Of a stretch of DNA of 64,000 nt, positions 25,304 to 36,847 are shown piece after piece. How positions within the stretch are numbered: position 1 is the first letter of the stretch; every line of letters starts with the position of its first letter. The translations under genes were made by a program, and so were the position numbers. This stretch comes from Mobula hypostoma (lineage: Eukaryota): contig NC_086097.1 in the NCBI RefSeq assembly GCF_963921235.1, positions 8,556,001-8,620,000 on the forward strand, read 5' to 3'. The notes beneath the pieces were generated by a model that saw only the letters and a program-made list of their open reading frames with translations, did no database searches and was not told where the DNA came from.

Positions 25304-26757
25304 CAGTAGATTCCGGTTAATTAGGACAGATCGGGACCAGTATATTTTGGCCCAGTTGAGTAGCCGCCCCAATCAACTTTTATGGAAATAGTTAAAAAAG
25401 TATGAAAAAGACAAACTACCATTTAAAATTACATATTTAAATGAAATACAACACAAGTAAGAACACTAGCAATACTACTACACTGCTATAAAACTGTGTA
25501 TTAGTTCCTAATAGTTATCAATAGAGGAAGTCATCTAGTATATACATTCTTTTGATTGATTGTAAATGAACAAAATCAGTGCAGACAACTAGTGTAGATA
25601 ATGGACTGCCTTCATCTAATACTATCAAGATGTTGTGGTGTCTAATGGCCATGGAAGTGGACGTGACCGATGCTAGTTTGGCAACAGTCTTCTACCCCAA
25701 TTACATAGCATAGTGAGGCCTCTGACAGTCAGGGTCAACCGTGGATGTTGCGTGTTAGCTATCTAGATACATAATCCTGGACAGTACAACATGGAGAGCA
25801 AGCTATTGCCTATGTAGTAATCTCCCCCTGTCCATGCAGCTGATGAATCCAAAGGAACAGGAGAAACCAATATAACTTGGCAGCAGCAGCATTGCAGGAG
25901 CTGCCAGTTGGTCTTGAACTCAATGTAGGACTGCCTTAGGGACGGCAGCACTGGAGATTTCCCTCAGGATTTATTCCCAAAGCTTTCCCCATAAGGAGGT
26001 ATAGTCGCAAGGCAGTGGAGGTTTGAGATCAGAGTTTCCTTCTCCTAGATGAGCTGCCAACCACAGCTGATGAGCTGCATCTGCCCAAAGTGACCAGTAA
26101 CCCATCTTTGCCCCTTCTCCTGTTAGTAGAAACTGTTCTGCTGAGCTTTGTAGCTGAGCCACACATGAAGACCTGGTGCTGGATTTGGTTGTTAGAGGCT
26201 ATTTGAGATACACACCATTAGGAACAGTTCTAAGGTAGTGGGAGCTTGTCCCCATTACCACGCCCGGCTATAACAACCTTAAGGAACCAAAGTGGCACAG
26301 TGCCCCAAATAAAAGAGGGGAATCCTGGCTATTTTCTCAATTCATTTTATTCTTTAAGAGTTGTTCCAAATAAGCAACTGACTCAATAAACCAATGGCTC
26401 ATTTAAGACTATAAGAATATAAGACCGTAAGATTTTGTAGCAGAATTAGACCATATAGCTCATCAAGTCTGCTCCAACATTTCAACATAGCTGATGCATT
26501 TTCCCTCTTAGCTTCAATCTCCTGCCTTCTCCCTATATCCCTTCATGCCCTGACTAATCAAGATTCTATCAAACTCTGCCTTAAATATACCCAATAACTT
26601 GGCCTCTACAGCCACCTGTGGTAATGAATTCCACAGATTCACCACTCTCTGGTAAAGAAACTCCTCCTTATTTCTGTTCTAAATGGACATCCCTCTTTTC
26701 TGATGCTGTGTCCCCTGGTCTTAGACTTCACCACTATAAGAAACATAAAACGTACTG
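25304..26757. mobile_element. Tigger/pogo-like MITE hosting two later insertions
   Basis: TA|CAGTAGATTCC at the left end and TACTG|TA at the right end. Interrupted by 25714-26288 and by a CR1 3' end at about 26407-26745. Confidence 0.5.
25714..26288 (-). mobile_element. non-coding RTE-related retroposon, family A, copy 2 (decayed HDV-like fold at 26288-26117)
   Basis: Colinear with 1040-1620. Retains GGTTCC, L3 TTCATGT, a hairpin relic and C-T-A-A-CAGGAG. Confidence 0.7.
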
Positions 26758-27559
26758 TATAATGATTCTTTGATTGAAACAAGTTAGTATTAGGGGACAG
26801 AAGAAAGAATGTCTGACTGTAATCTCCAGCAAACTCCTTTACACATTTCTTTTATCATATTTCACCAACTTCCAGTAATACCCACACCAAATGCATACTA
26901 GCAGTCTTTGATAATTCACTCTAGTGTTACACAGCTCAAAGTACTCAGTCCAGACACATCCCTCATCTATTAGTAAATTGCACTGCTGGGTATCTTTCAG
27001 AGTTCAGTTGGATTCAGGATGAAAATGTTACCCATCCATCAATGGCCTTCATTGAAGTCCCAGTGACAGCACCAATAGAGATTCTATTACCAATGATTTT
27101 CTTCTACTTTTACCTCAAAATTAGAGCATACTTCAAAAGACACACTTGTCAAAAAATCTTTTGTTTGGCAGAGAAAATGTCAGACACAAAAACTGCAGTG
27201 GAAGCAATTCTCTGAGTAATAAATGCATAAATAAGGCTGTTAAAATATTCTGAAATGGAGGACAGCACAAATAAAAATGCAATTAACTCAAAGGAAAATG
27301 TTGGTCCTGTTTGAATTGTATTGCATTATCGAATAGAGTGGCAATTAAAGGATCTATTAATGACACTCACCTTTGGAAACCTTGGCAACTGGTGAAGTAT
27401 CAATGGGTTGTAGACAGGCTAATATCCAAAAAGAGGCACAAACAAGCATAAGAAACGAAAGACATTTTAGTCGCTTCTATGGGAATTATCCAATTAATAA
27501 AAATACATTAAAAATCAGTTCATGTGGATTTATAAGGGGAAGGCTCTGCTTTTTTTTAG

Positions 27560-27836
27560 TGATACAGTGCAAAACAGGCCCTTCCAAACCATTGGGCCAC
27601 AATGTCTAGTAACCTATCAATTTTGACACCAGCCTAATCACAATTTATAATGACCAATTAACCTACTGAATGGTATGCCTTGGAATTTTGAAGAAAACCA
27701 GAGTACCTGAAGGAAATCCATGTCCACATGGAAAGAAACGTACACGTGTGCTTACAGAAGTTGCCAAAATTGAATTCCCTACTCAGATACCAATCTGTAG
27801 TAGTCTCACACTAACTGCTACACTACTGTGGTGCCC
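27560..27836 (-). mobile_element. V-SINE
   Basis: Homologous to 1-264. Confidence 0.65.
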
Positions 27837-28484
27837 ATGATTGCTAAAGAAATACCTATCATTTCAAAAGGAATTTGTTGAAGACAGTCGAAGTACTGGT
27901 GTGCTACGTTAAGTGTTGGTGATCAGCAGGACATTACTTGAGGGGCAGATTTATTATTACTGAAATTCAGCTTTGCCAAGGTTATCAAATGGGCAGTTAC
28001 AATCCTGCCATTCATTATACTCCTTACATGACATCAGGAACAGAGCACAAAGTGAAAGTGCATCTAACCCACTATCTCCCATTTTGTGCACTAGCTGAAG
28101 TTGAAACTCACCTCCAATTAGTTATTTAGAATTACAGAAGTACAGGCTGGAAAGTCTCAGATCACTGGGATCACTGCCATATCTAATTTACAGTTAGCAG
28201 AATTCAAAACATCAATACAACATGTTCAAATTTGCAGATAATAACTCGAAAGGACATTGGTGTCATACGTGGCAGCTTAAGATACAGAGACTGATTTAGA
28301 TAAAGTGGATAATTGGGTAAAGAAAATATCCAGCTGAAATTTCAAGCATAGAAATACAAGACACTGTAAATAATAAAAAATATAAGCCACAAAGGTATTC
28401 CATAAAATGATATTTAGATACCCTATCAGAATTAGAATCAGTTTTAAAATCATTGGCATATTTATAAAAAAATATTTACTCATT

Positions 28485-28760
28485 GAGATACAGTGTGGAA
28501 TAGCCTCTTCCAGCACTTCGAAATATGCTGCCTAGTAATCCCTCGATTTAATCCTAGCCTAATCGGGGACAGTTTACAATAACCAATTAATCTACCAAAG
28601 GGTACGTGCTTGGATGGTGGGAGGAAACTGAAGCACCTGGAAGAAACCCATGAATTTACGGGGAGAACACATAAGCTCCTTTCAGGCAGTGGCAGGAATT
28701 GAACACAGGTTGCTGGTACTGTAAAGTCTTGTGCTAACCACTGTGCTACTTTGCTGCCCA
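28485..28760 (-). mobile_element. V-SINE (HE1-like)
   Basis: GGGCAGCAAAGTAGCACAGTGGTTAGC A box, GTTCAATTCC B box and V-domain. Confidence 0.8.
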
Positions 28761-28940
28761 TAAAGTCATGAAATTTGTTGTTTTGCAGCAGCAGTAAGAC
28801 AGTAATAGAAGAATTCAGCAGGTCAGCAGGTCAGCAGGTCGTGGAGTCATACAGCGTGGAAACAGACTCTCAGCCCATCTAGTATATATATACAGACACT
28901 GTACGTCACCATGTATTACCCTGAGATTTATTTTCTTGTT

Positions 28941-29262
28941 GTAAGTAAAGTACAGGCATCCGTTACTCTTGCGAGACCATGGATCTGCACCTGGAAAGTC
29001 TTCACTTTCCAGGGCGCAGGCCTGGGCAAGGTTTTATGGAAGACCAGCAGCTGCCCATGCTGCAAGTCTCCCCTCTCCACGACACCAATGTTGTCCAAGG
29101 GAAGGGCATAAGGACCCATACAGCTTGGCACCAGTGTCATCGCAGAGCAATGTGTGGTTAAGTGCCTTGCTCAAGGACACAACACGTTGCCTCGGCTGGG
29201 GCTCGAACTCACGACCTTCAGGTCGCTAGTCCAATGCCTTAACCACTTGGCCACGTGCCCAC
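28941..29262 (-). mobile_element. tRNA-head CORE-type SINE with a family-A-like 3' body
   Basis: A box TGGCCAAGTGG, B box GAGTTCGAGCC and CORE-like TGTGTCCTTGAGCAAGGCACTTAACC. Probable TSD ATTTTCTTGTT at 28930-28940 and 29272-29282. Confidence 0.85.
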
Positions 29263-29390
29263 ATTTTCAACATTTTCTTGTTGACATTCACAATAACTAC
29301 AAAGAAACACAATGGCATCAATGTAAAAACCGCACACAACCAAGATGACCAAACAACCAATGTGCCAAACACAACAAACAGTGCAAGTAC

Positions 29391-30460
29391 AATAATAATA
29401 ATAATGTCACTGTCAGGGAATCATCTGGACAAGCCTGGAGCTAGCACTGTGCATGACAGTAAGCAAACCACTAGTGATGCACTGCTGAGTTGGTGGGCAG
29501 GCACTGGGAAACCCAAAAAAGGTACAGCCAGCATTCAAAATAGCCCATCAACACCACAGGCTGTGACTGCTACAAGTGTTTCTCTGGGGAGCAGGCCACT
29601 TACAACTGAGACCATTTAAGCAATTAAGAGAAGGAAGACACACATAAAATGGTCATTAGAAGTAAACCCATTCATGATGTGTGCTTATTATCAAGTAATG
29701 GAATTTGAGGCTGACATGACAAAGATCATCAAAAGTTCATGGCACAATATCCCTCCATGCAAGTAAATACACAACAAGTAGCAGATCAACATAGAGTTAT
29801 AGTAAAAAAAATAAACTCTACAAACACGTTAAACTAAGTATACAGCGTCCCAATCATAATATCTATAAATGGTGCCATCCCAAAAGCACTACACAATAGC
29901 ATTAAAAAATTAGGGCTACACAGCAATATTTATGTAAGTCTTCAGAAAGCCACAATACTAAACACCACTAGAATAGTCTGAAAGTTCCTACCAATTGACA
30001 AATGAGCATGCTTGACTATGCCCATACCTCAGGTTTACCTGCTTGAGCTGATAAAAAAATAAATAATAATAATAATAATAATAATCATCATCATCATCAT
30101 CATCAGAGTCCTACAAATTATATTATGCCTGATCAACTATTACAGATAGGACAATCTATAATAACCATCAAAAATGTAAATACAGGATAAACAAGAAAGA
30201 ACAACTTAGTTAACAGATATAGCCATTCCAAACGCATATAACTTACAGAAATCAATAAGTGAAAACACTAGAAATATGCAGAATTAAAAGAGGAAATTGA
30301 AAGACTATGGAACATGAACAATAGTAATGTCTCAATAGTAATATTTATAACTGGTATCATCCCAAAGTTACTGCACAATAGTATTAAACAATTAGGTCTA
30401 CACAGCAATATTTATGTAAATCTCCAAAAAGGCACAATACTAAACACCACTAGAATAGTA
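29391..30460 (+). mobile_element. R4/Dong-like non-LTR retrotransposon fragments flanked by (TAA)n
   Basis: N-terminal HIKWSLEVNPFMMCAYY (29641-29690); RLE-domain relic ITDRTIYNN...DIAIPN...KYAELKEEIERLW...TGIIPK...LQKGTILNTTRIV (30105-30460); a second copy of the 3' end at 29845-30055. Confidence 0.75.
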
Positions 30461-30830
30461 AATGAGTGTGTTTGAGGCAAACAGACAGTATCTTTTTCCC
30501 AGGATTGAAATGTCCAATAGCAGAGGGCATGCATTTAAGGTAAGAAGGTGTAATTTCAGAAGAGATGAGAGGGGAAAGTTCTTTTTCATAGAGTGTAGGG
30601 TACCTGGAATATTCTGCCTGGAATGATGGTAGAGGCCCATACAGTAAGGGCTCTTAAAAGACTTTTAGAAAGGCTTATGAATGTGATGAAAATGGAAAGA
30701 TATAGCCAATGTGTAGTCAGAAGAGATTAGTCCAGTTGGCCATTTGATTACCAATTTATTTGGGTCAGCACTAGATTGTGGGCCAAAGGGCCTGTTTCTC
30801 TGCTGGACTGTTCTATGTTATATGCTCTAT
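30460..30830 (+). mobile_element. CR1 3' end
   Basis: LFPRIEMSNSRGHAFK...WNILP-like sequence and a CR1 UTR. Confidence 0.7.
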
Positions 30831-30847
30831 ACTTTCAGCATATCAGA

Positions 30848-31600
30848 ACTCATAGTCATAGTCATAGTCATACTTTATTGATCCCGGGGGAAAATGGTTT
30901 TCGTTACAGTTGCACCATAAATAATAAATAGTAATAAAACCATAAATAGTTAAATAGTAATATGTATATTATGCCAGGAAATAAGTCCAGGACCAGCCTA
31001 TTGGCTCAGGGTGTCTGACCCTCCAAGGGAGGAGCTGTAATGTTTGACGGCCACAGGCAGGAATGACTTCCTATGACACTCTGTGTTGCATCTCGGTGGA
31101 ATGAGTCTCTGGCTGAATGTACTCCTGTGCCCAACCAGTACATTATGTAGCGGATAGGAGACGTTATCCAAGATGGCATGCAACTTGGACAGCATCCTCT
31201 TTTCAGACACCACCGTCAGAGAGTCCAGTTCTATCCCCACAACATCACTGGCCTTACAAATGAGTTTGTTGATTCTGTTGGTGTCTGTTACCCTCAGCCT
31301 GCTGCCCCAGCACCCAACAGCAAACATGATCACACTGGCCGCCACAGACTCGTAGAACATCCTCAGCATCATCTGGCAGATGTTAAAGGACCTCAGTCTC
31401 CCCAGGAAATCGAGACGGCTCTGACCCTTCTTGTAGACAGCCTCAGTGTTCTTTGACCAGTCCAGTTTATTGTCAATTCGTATCCCCAGGTATTTGTAAT
31501 CCTCCACCATGTCCACCCTGACCCCCTGAATGGAAACAGGGGTCACCGGTACCTTAGCTCTCCTCAGGTCTACCACCAGCTCCTTAGTCTTGGTGTTGAA
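30848..31600 (-). mobile_element. young 5'-truncated Rex1/Babar LINE
   Basis: Open frame NTKTKELVVDLRR...YKYLG...LRSFN...RKSFLPVAV with a (GACTAT)n tail. Confidence 0.9.
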
Positions 31601-31880
31601 TTTAGTAACAGCACAGCAAGTCCAATACATGTGCAGATATCTTCTCACTAACTTACTCCTGACTCACCACGTTCCTCAGTTCATCAGCATTTCTCTGTGG
31701 AACTGCCATTTACCTCAGAGAGCAATGAGGCCCACCAAAGTGTAATGTGATTTTTCCAGACTCTGGAGCCTGACAGTGAATGATGGTACTATCAATTAAT
31801 TTCTGTACTCCTTCAGAAGATATAAATGATGGATGCATCCCAAAACAAAGCAACTGTTTCAAGATCTTGCCAATTCCTAC

Positions 31881-31969
31881 CAAATTCGCAGGGTGCAGTC
31901 AACGGATAAAGTTGATATCAGAAAAAAACAGCTGAGGCAATATATGCCAGAAGCAAAGATGACAAATTC
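31881..31969 (-). CDS. candidate exon (EFVIFASGIYCLSCFFLISTLSVDCTLRI-W/C)
   Basis: Acceptor gattgtttcag|G and donor TTG|gtagga. Single open frame, phase-compatible with 32247-32305. Confidence 0.3.
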
Positions 31970-32246
31970 CTGAAACAATCTTAAAACTGCTGTGTTCCCT
32001 GAAGCATTCTGCAGAGGAGGCTTTAAAAAAAAATCCTTGACCTTTATCTACAACTGATTTTGTATTGAGAACAGAATAACTTGAAAAAGCTTCTCCCAGA
32101 CTGTGACAAATGTGGCTAATAACTTTAGTGTTATATCAAGTTCAAGATGTTGAACGGCTAACAGTATTCACAGGGGCCATCGTAAGCAAGTTTGTTTTCT
32201 TACGGATATTTTATCTTTCTTGTTTTTTGAGGAATGTAGAACTTAC

Positions 32247-32305
32247 TTTCTCAGCACCCTTTCCATCCTCTGTTTTGAGATATTGTTCTTCTCGAGTCAC
32301 TGTCC
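32247..32305 (-). CDS. candidate exon (xTVTREEQYLKTEDGKGAEK)
   Basis: Strong acceptor tatttccatgctctcag|G and donor AAA|gtaagt. Purine-rich, single open frame, unique sequence. Confidence 0.4.
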
Positions 32306-33072
32306 CTGAGAGCATGGAAATACATTGTAAAATATGGATGGATATTTAAACCTGTTTCTGTTTAATGAAACACTGGTGAAAATGGGAATACTTAATACAT
32401 TGACCTTTGTACAGAGAAGGTCCTGGAATCCTGCTACAGATATGTGGAATCTATTAAAATGGATTGCAAGCGGAGAAATATTATTAAGGATTATTATTAA
32501 CAAAAGCACCAGGGGTGTATCTCATATTATTTTTGTTTTAACTCACACTTCCAATTTTAAAGCACTGTTATATGTACTCATTCCAAAAAAGTGGACATTT
32601 TCCAAGGATAGTTATCAGTTTCTTAGTTACCTAGTAGCACAGCACTTTAATAATGCATGTTTGTGACAACCGTCAATTAGACAACTTCTCATTAGCTTCC
32701 TTTAACATCAGATAATCTATACAGTATACAACCTGAAATTCGTACACTTTACGGACATCTACGAAACAAGAGATCCCATAGAATGAATGATAGAACATTG
32801 AAGCCCTGAAATACCCTTTGCCCCTCCCTTAGCAGAGGGATCAGCAAAAGCATTGACCATCCCACACCCCCATCATGTAAGCAACAGCGAAAACCCCCAA
32901 AAATACCTTGACCCATAGTCCATCAAAAACTACAGTCCATAACCCAGCACTTTGGTACCTCAGACAGGCTGTCTCTCTCCAGCGTGGGAAGAGTGAGGTC
33001 GCTCCAACAACAATGGGAGCTCGCTGTTCTAATGTTACTGCATGCTTCATAACTTGGACAAGAGGAGATTGT

Positions 33073-33839
33073 TGTTGTGAATTTAATATTTCAGTAATAT
33101 TTGAGTAATCCAGTAAATATGTTGTCAATTAAGCATTCTTTGTTCACTTAACTAACTGATTTATACGATGGGTGATTGATAAGTTTGTGGCCTAAGGTAG
33201 AAGGAGTCAGTTTTAGAAAACCTAGCACACTTATATTTCAGCATAGTCCCCTCCTACATTTATACATTTAGTTCAGCAGTTGTGGAGCTTACGGATCCCT
33301 TCTTTGTAGAAGTTGGCATCTTGGACCTCCAGAAAGTGGTCCACAGCAGGGGTAATTGATAAGTTCATGGCCTAAGGTAGAAGGAGATGAGTTATACAGC
33401 TCTCGTTACATACACATGCAGTTCAACTCTGAGTGATTATGCAGAAAGCTTGAAGTTAATAACTCATCTCCTTCTACCTTAGGCTACGAACTTATCAATC
33501 ACCCCTGCTGTGGACCACTTTCTGGAGGTCCAAGACGCCGACTTCTACAAAGAAGGGATTTATATGCTCCACGACCACTGGACTAAGTGTGTAAATGTAG
33601 GAGGGGACTATGTTGAAAAATAAATGTGCTAAGTTTTCTAAAATTGACTCTCTCTACGTGAGGCCACAAATTTATCAATCACCCCTTGTATGTATAAATA
33701 TATGGATTGTAAACATCATCACACTGTAATCTAAATACATACACACTTTACTAAGTAAACACAAAGTTAGACCCGTATTTTCAGATTCCCGTGTCTTCCT
33801 TTGAATTAGTTCAATATTTTGAAAACACAAAACATAACA
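33073..33839 (+). mobile_element. probable solo Gypsy LTR interrupted by a MITE
   Basis: TGTTGTG...CATAACA ends, about 240 bp once the MITE is removed. TSD only partial (attgt/actga). Confidence 0.45.
33166..33688. mobile_element. mariner-derived palindromic MITE
   Basis: TA on both sides, 230-bp inverted arms (33166-33395 and 33459-33688). The arm encodes FLEVQDADFYKEGIYMLHDHWTKCVNVGGDYVEK* (33519-33623), a mariner transposase C-terminus. Confidence 0.9.
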
Positions 33840-34808
33840 ACTGAATATATAAGTAACTCTCGTTGATCTAAGCTCAGTGGCCACTTTATTAGGTACAACA
33901 TACACTTAATAAGGTGACTGATGAGTGCGTGTTTGTGGTCTTCCGCTGTTGTACCACATCCACTTCAAGGCTCAACAAGCTGTGCATTCAGAGATTCTCT
34001 TCTGCACATCACCATTGTGACACATGGTTATTTGAGTTACTGTCACCTTCCTGTCAGCTTGAGCAAGACTGCCCATTCTTCTCTAACTTAGAACGTAGAA
34101 GAGTACAGCACAGGAACAGGCCTTCTGCCACACAATACGGTGCTGAACCAATTAAATTAGTAATCTAATAACCAACTAATCTAATCTCTTCTGCCTACAC
34201 AATATCCATATCCTTCCATATTCTTCACATTCATGTGCCTATCTAAACATCTCTTAAAAGTACCTAATGTTTCTGCTTCTACCACCACCCCAGGCAGCAT
34301 GTTCCAGCCACCCACTACTCTCTGTGTAAAAAACTTTCCCCCTCATATCTCCTTTGAACTTTGCAACTCTCACCTTCAATGCATGACCTCTGGTATTAGA
34401 CATTTCTACCCTGGGTAAAAGATATTGTCTGTCTACTCTATCTATGCCTTTCATATTCTTATAAACCTCTATCAGATATCCACTCTCTCTTTGTCACTCG
34501 AGACAAAACAATCCAAGTTTGTCCAATCTCTTATTATAGTGCATGCCCTTTAAACCAGACAACATGTTAGTAAACCTCTTCTGCACCCTCTCCATAGCCT
34601 TGATTTCTGTCCTATAATGGAACGACAAGAACTGTGTGCAGTACTCCAGATGTGGCCTAACTAGAGTTTTATAAAACTGCAACATAACTTACTGACATTT
34701 GAATTGAATGCCTCATCTAATAAAGGCAAACGTCCCAAATGCCTTTTTAACCCTCCTATGAACCCCTGTAGCTGCATTCAGACAGTTATGAACTTGGTCT
34801 CTGAGATC

Positions 34809-35270
34809 TGTTACCTGGGTTTCATCTCCTAAGTTACAGAGGAAGGTTGAACAAGTTGGGTCTTTATTCTTTGGAGCGTAGAAGGTTGAGGGGGGACTTG
34901 ATAGAGGTATTTAAAATTATGAGGGGGATTGATAGAGTTGACGTGGATAGGCTTTTTCCATTGAGAGAGGGGAAGATTCAAACAAGAGGACATGAGTTGA
35001 GAGTTAAAGGGCAAAAGTTTAGGGGTAACATGAGGGGGAACTTCTTTACTCAGAGAGTGGTAACTGTGTGGAATGAGCTTCCAGCAGAAGTGGTTGCAGC
35101 AGGTTCGATGTTGTCATTTAAAGTTAAATTGGATAGCTATATGGACAGGAAAAGAATGGAGGGGTATGGGCTGAGTGCAGGTCAGTGGGACTAGGTAAGA
35201 GTAAGAGTTCAGCACGGACTAGAAGGGCTGAGATGGCCTGTGTCCGTGCTGTAATTGTTATATGGTTATA
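34809..35270 (+). mobile_element. young CR1 3' fragment
   Basis: Open frame LGLYSLERRRLRGDLIEVFK...WNELP, very similar to the reverse complement of 36848-37310. Confidence 0.9.
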
Positions 35271-35966
35271 TCCCTCAGTTCATCAACACTATTGAAGATC
35301 TTGCCCTTAACAGTGTACTGTCCCTTTACATTTGACCTACCGAGATGCAATACTTCACTGGGTTAAACTCCATCTGCCATTTCTCCGTAATTGATTTATA
35401 TCGTGCTGTATTCTTTGTCGGTCTTCCATGCTATCCACAATACCACCAATCTCTGTATCGTCTGCAAACTTACTAATCCACGCATCTACATTTTCATCTT
35501 GACCATTTATATCCATCACAAACAGCAGATGTCCCAGTATATAACCCTGTGGAATACCACTAATCACAGATCTCCGGCTAGAGTGTCCCTTCGACCACTA
35601 CCCTCTGTCTTCCATGTGCTAGCCAGATCTGAATCCAAACAGCCACTATGGAACCCATGCATCTTAATCTTCTGGATGAATGTCTCATGAGGGACCTTGT
35701 CAAATGTCTTACTAAAATCCATGTAGACTATATCCACAGCTCTACCTTCATGAATCATCCTCATAACCTCAGCAAAAAGCTTAATCAAGTTAGTAAGACA
35801 TGCCTTGCCTTGCACAAAGTCGTGCTGGCTCTTCCTTATTAGGCCATAGTTTTCCAAATATTCATAAATCCTATACCCAAAGAATTCTCTCCAGTAACTT
35901 CCCTAACACTGACATGAGCCTCAATGCTCTATCATTTCTAGGATTATCTCTGGTTCTCCATCCTAA

Positions 35967-36539
35967 CTGCATTTTACAGGAGCACCATTGAGAGTGCCCT
36001 GACAAGTTGCATCTCCATCTGGTACAGGAGAAGCTGAGCATTGGACCAGAAGTCCCAACAAAGGACTGTGATAACAGCTGAGAGGATCATAGGGGTCTCT
36101 CTACAATCCACTGGGGACATTTATCAGGAGCTCTGTGTACGCAGGGTCCTTAGTATTGTCAAGGATCCCACCCATCCATCCAGCATCTTCTTTGACTTTC
36201 TACCATCAGGCAGGAGACTCTGATGCATAAAAACAAGGACGGTCAGGATGGGAAACAGATTCTTCCCTCAGGCCACTAGGCTTTTGAAATCCCTTTTGCA
36301 TCACTTTTGAAGTGTTACTGGTTAATTTGTCCAAAACCTTACAATATTTAATTTATGCTCTTTACTTTGTTTAGCAATGCATGATTCATCTGTAGATTTT
36401 ATCCTTACTTTCATATGTTATTGTGCGTTATGCGTGTTAGATGTACTACCATGCTTTATGCCCTAGTTCGGAGAAATGTTGTCTCATCTGATGGTATACA
36501 TGTATATAGTTAAATGACAATAAACTTGACTTGACTTGA
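35967..36539 (+). mobile_element. Rex-type LINE 3' fragment
   Basis: AERIIG...IVKDPTHP...LPSGRRL and a (CTTGA)n tail. Confidence 0.8.
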
Positions 36540-36847
36540 ACAATGGGCAACATTAGCCACTGACCAGTTTTCTGAGGCCTCGCCTGTGGCTAAAGATGAT
36601 GTGAGGATATTGGTCAAGGCCCTAGCAATCTCATCTCTTACATGTCTCAATAACCTGGGGACATCCACCTTAGTGTTTTTTAAAAGCTGCATTGCTACCT
36701 CCTCCTTTACCTAAAAATGGCCTAGTATATCAAAATGCACAGCATTGATCTTCTTATCTTCCACTTCCTTCTCCTTGGGAAATACTGAGATAGAGTACTC
36801 ATTAAGATGTTCACCCATAACTTTCACATCCCCCCCTTATCCTTGAG

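Noticed and set aside
25840..25885. CTGATGA...GAAA hammerhead-like motif in family A
   Set aside because: It lies on the antisense strand of the element, GAAA is absent in the other copy, and there is no proper stem I or cleavage triplet.
29190..29262. tRNA gene
   Set aside because: It is the tRNA-like head of a SINE, continuous with the CORE domain and tail and flanked by a probable TSD.
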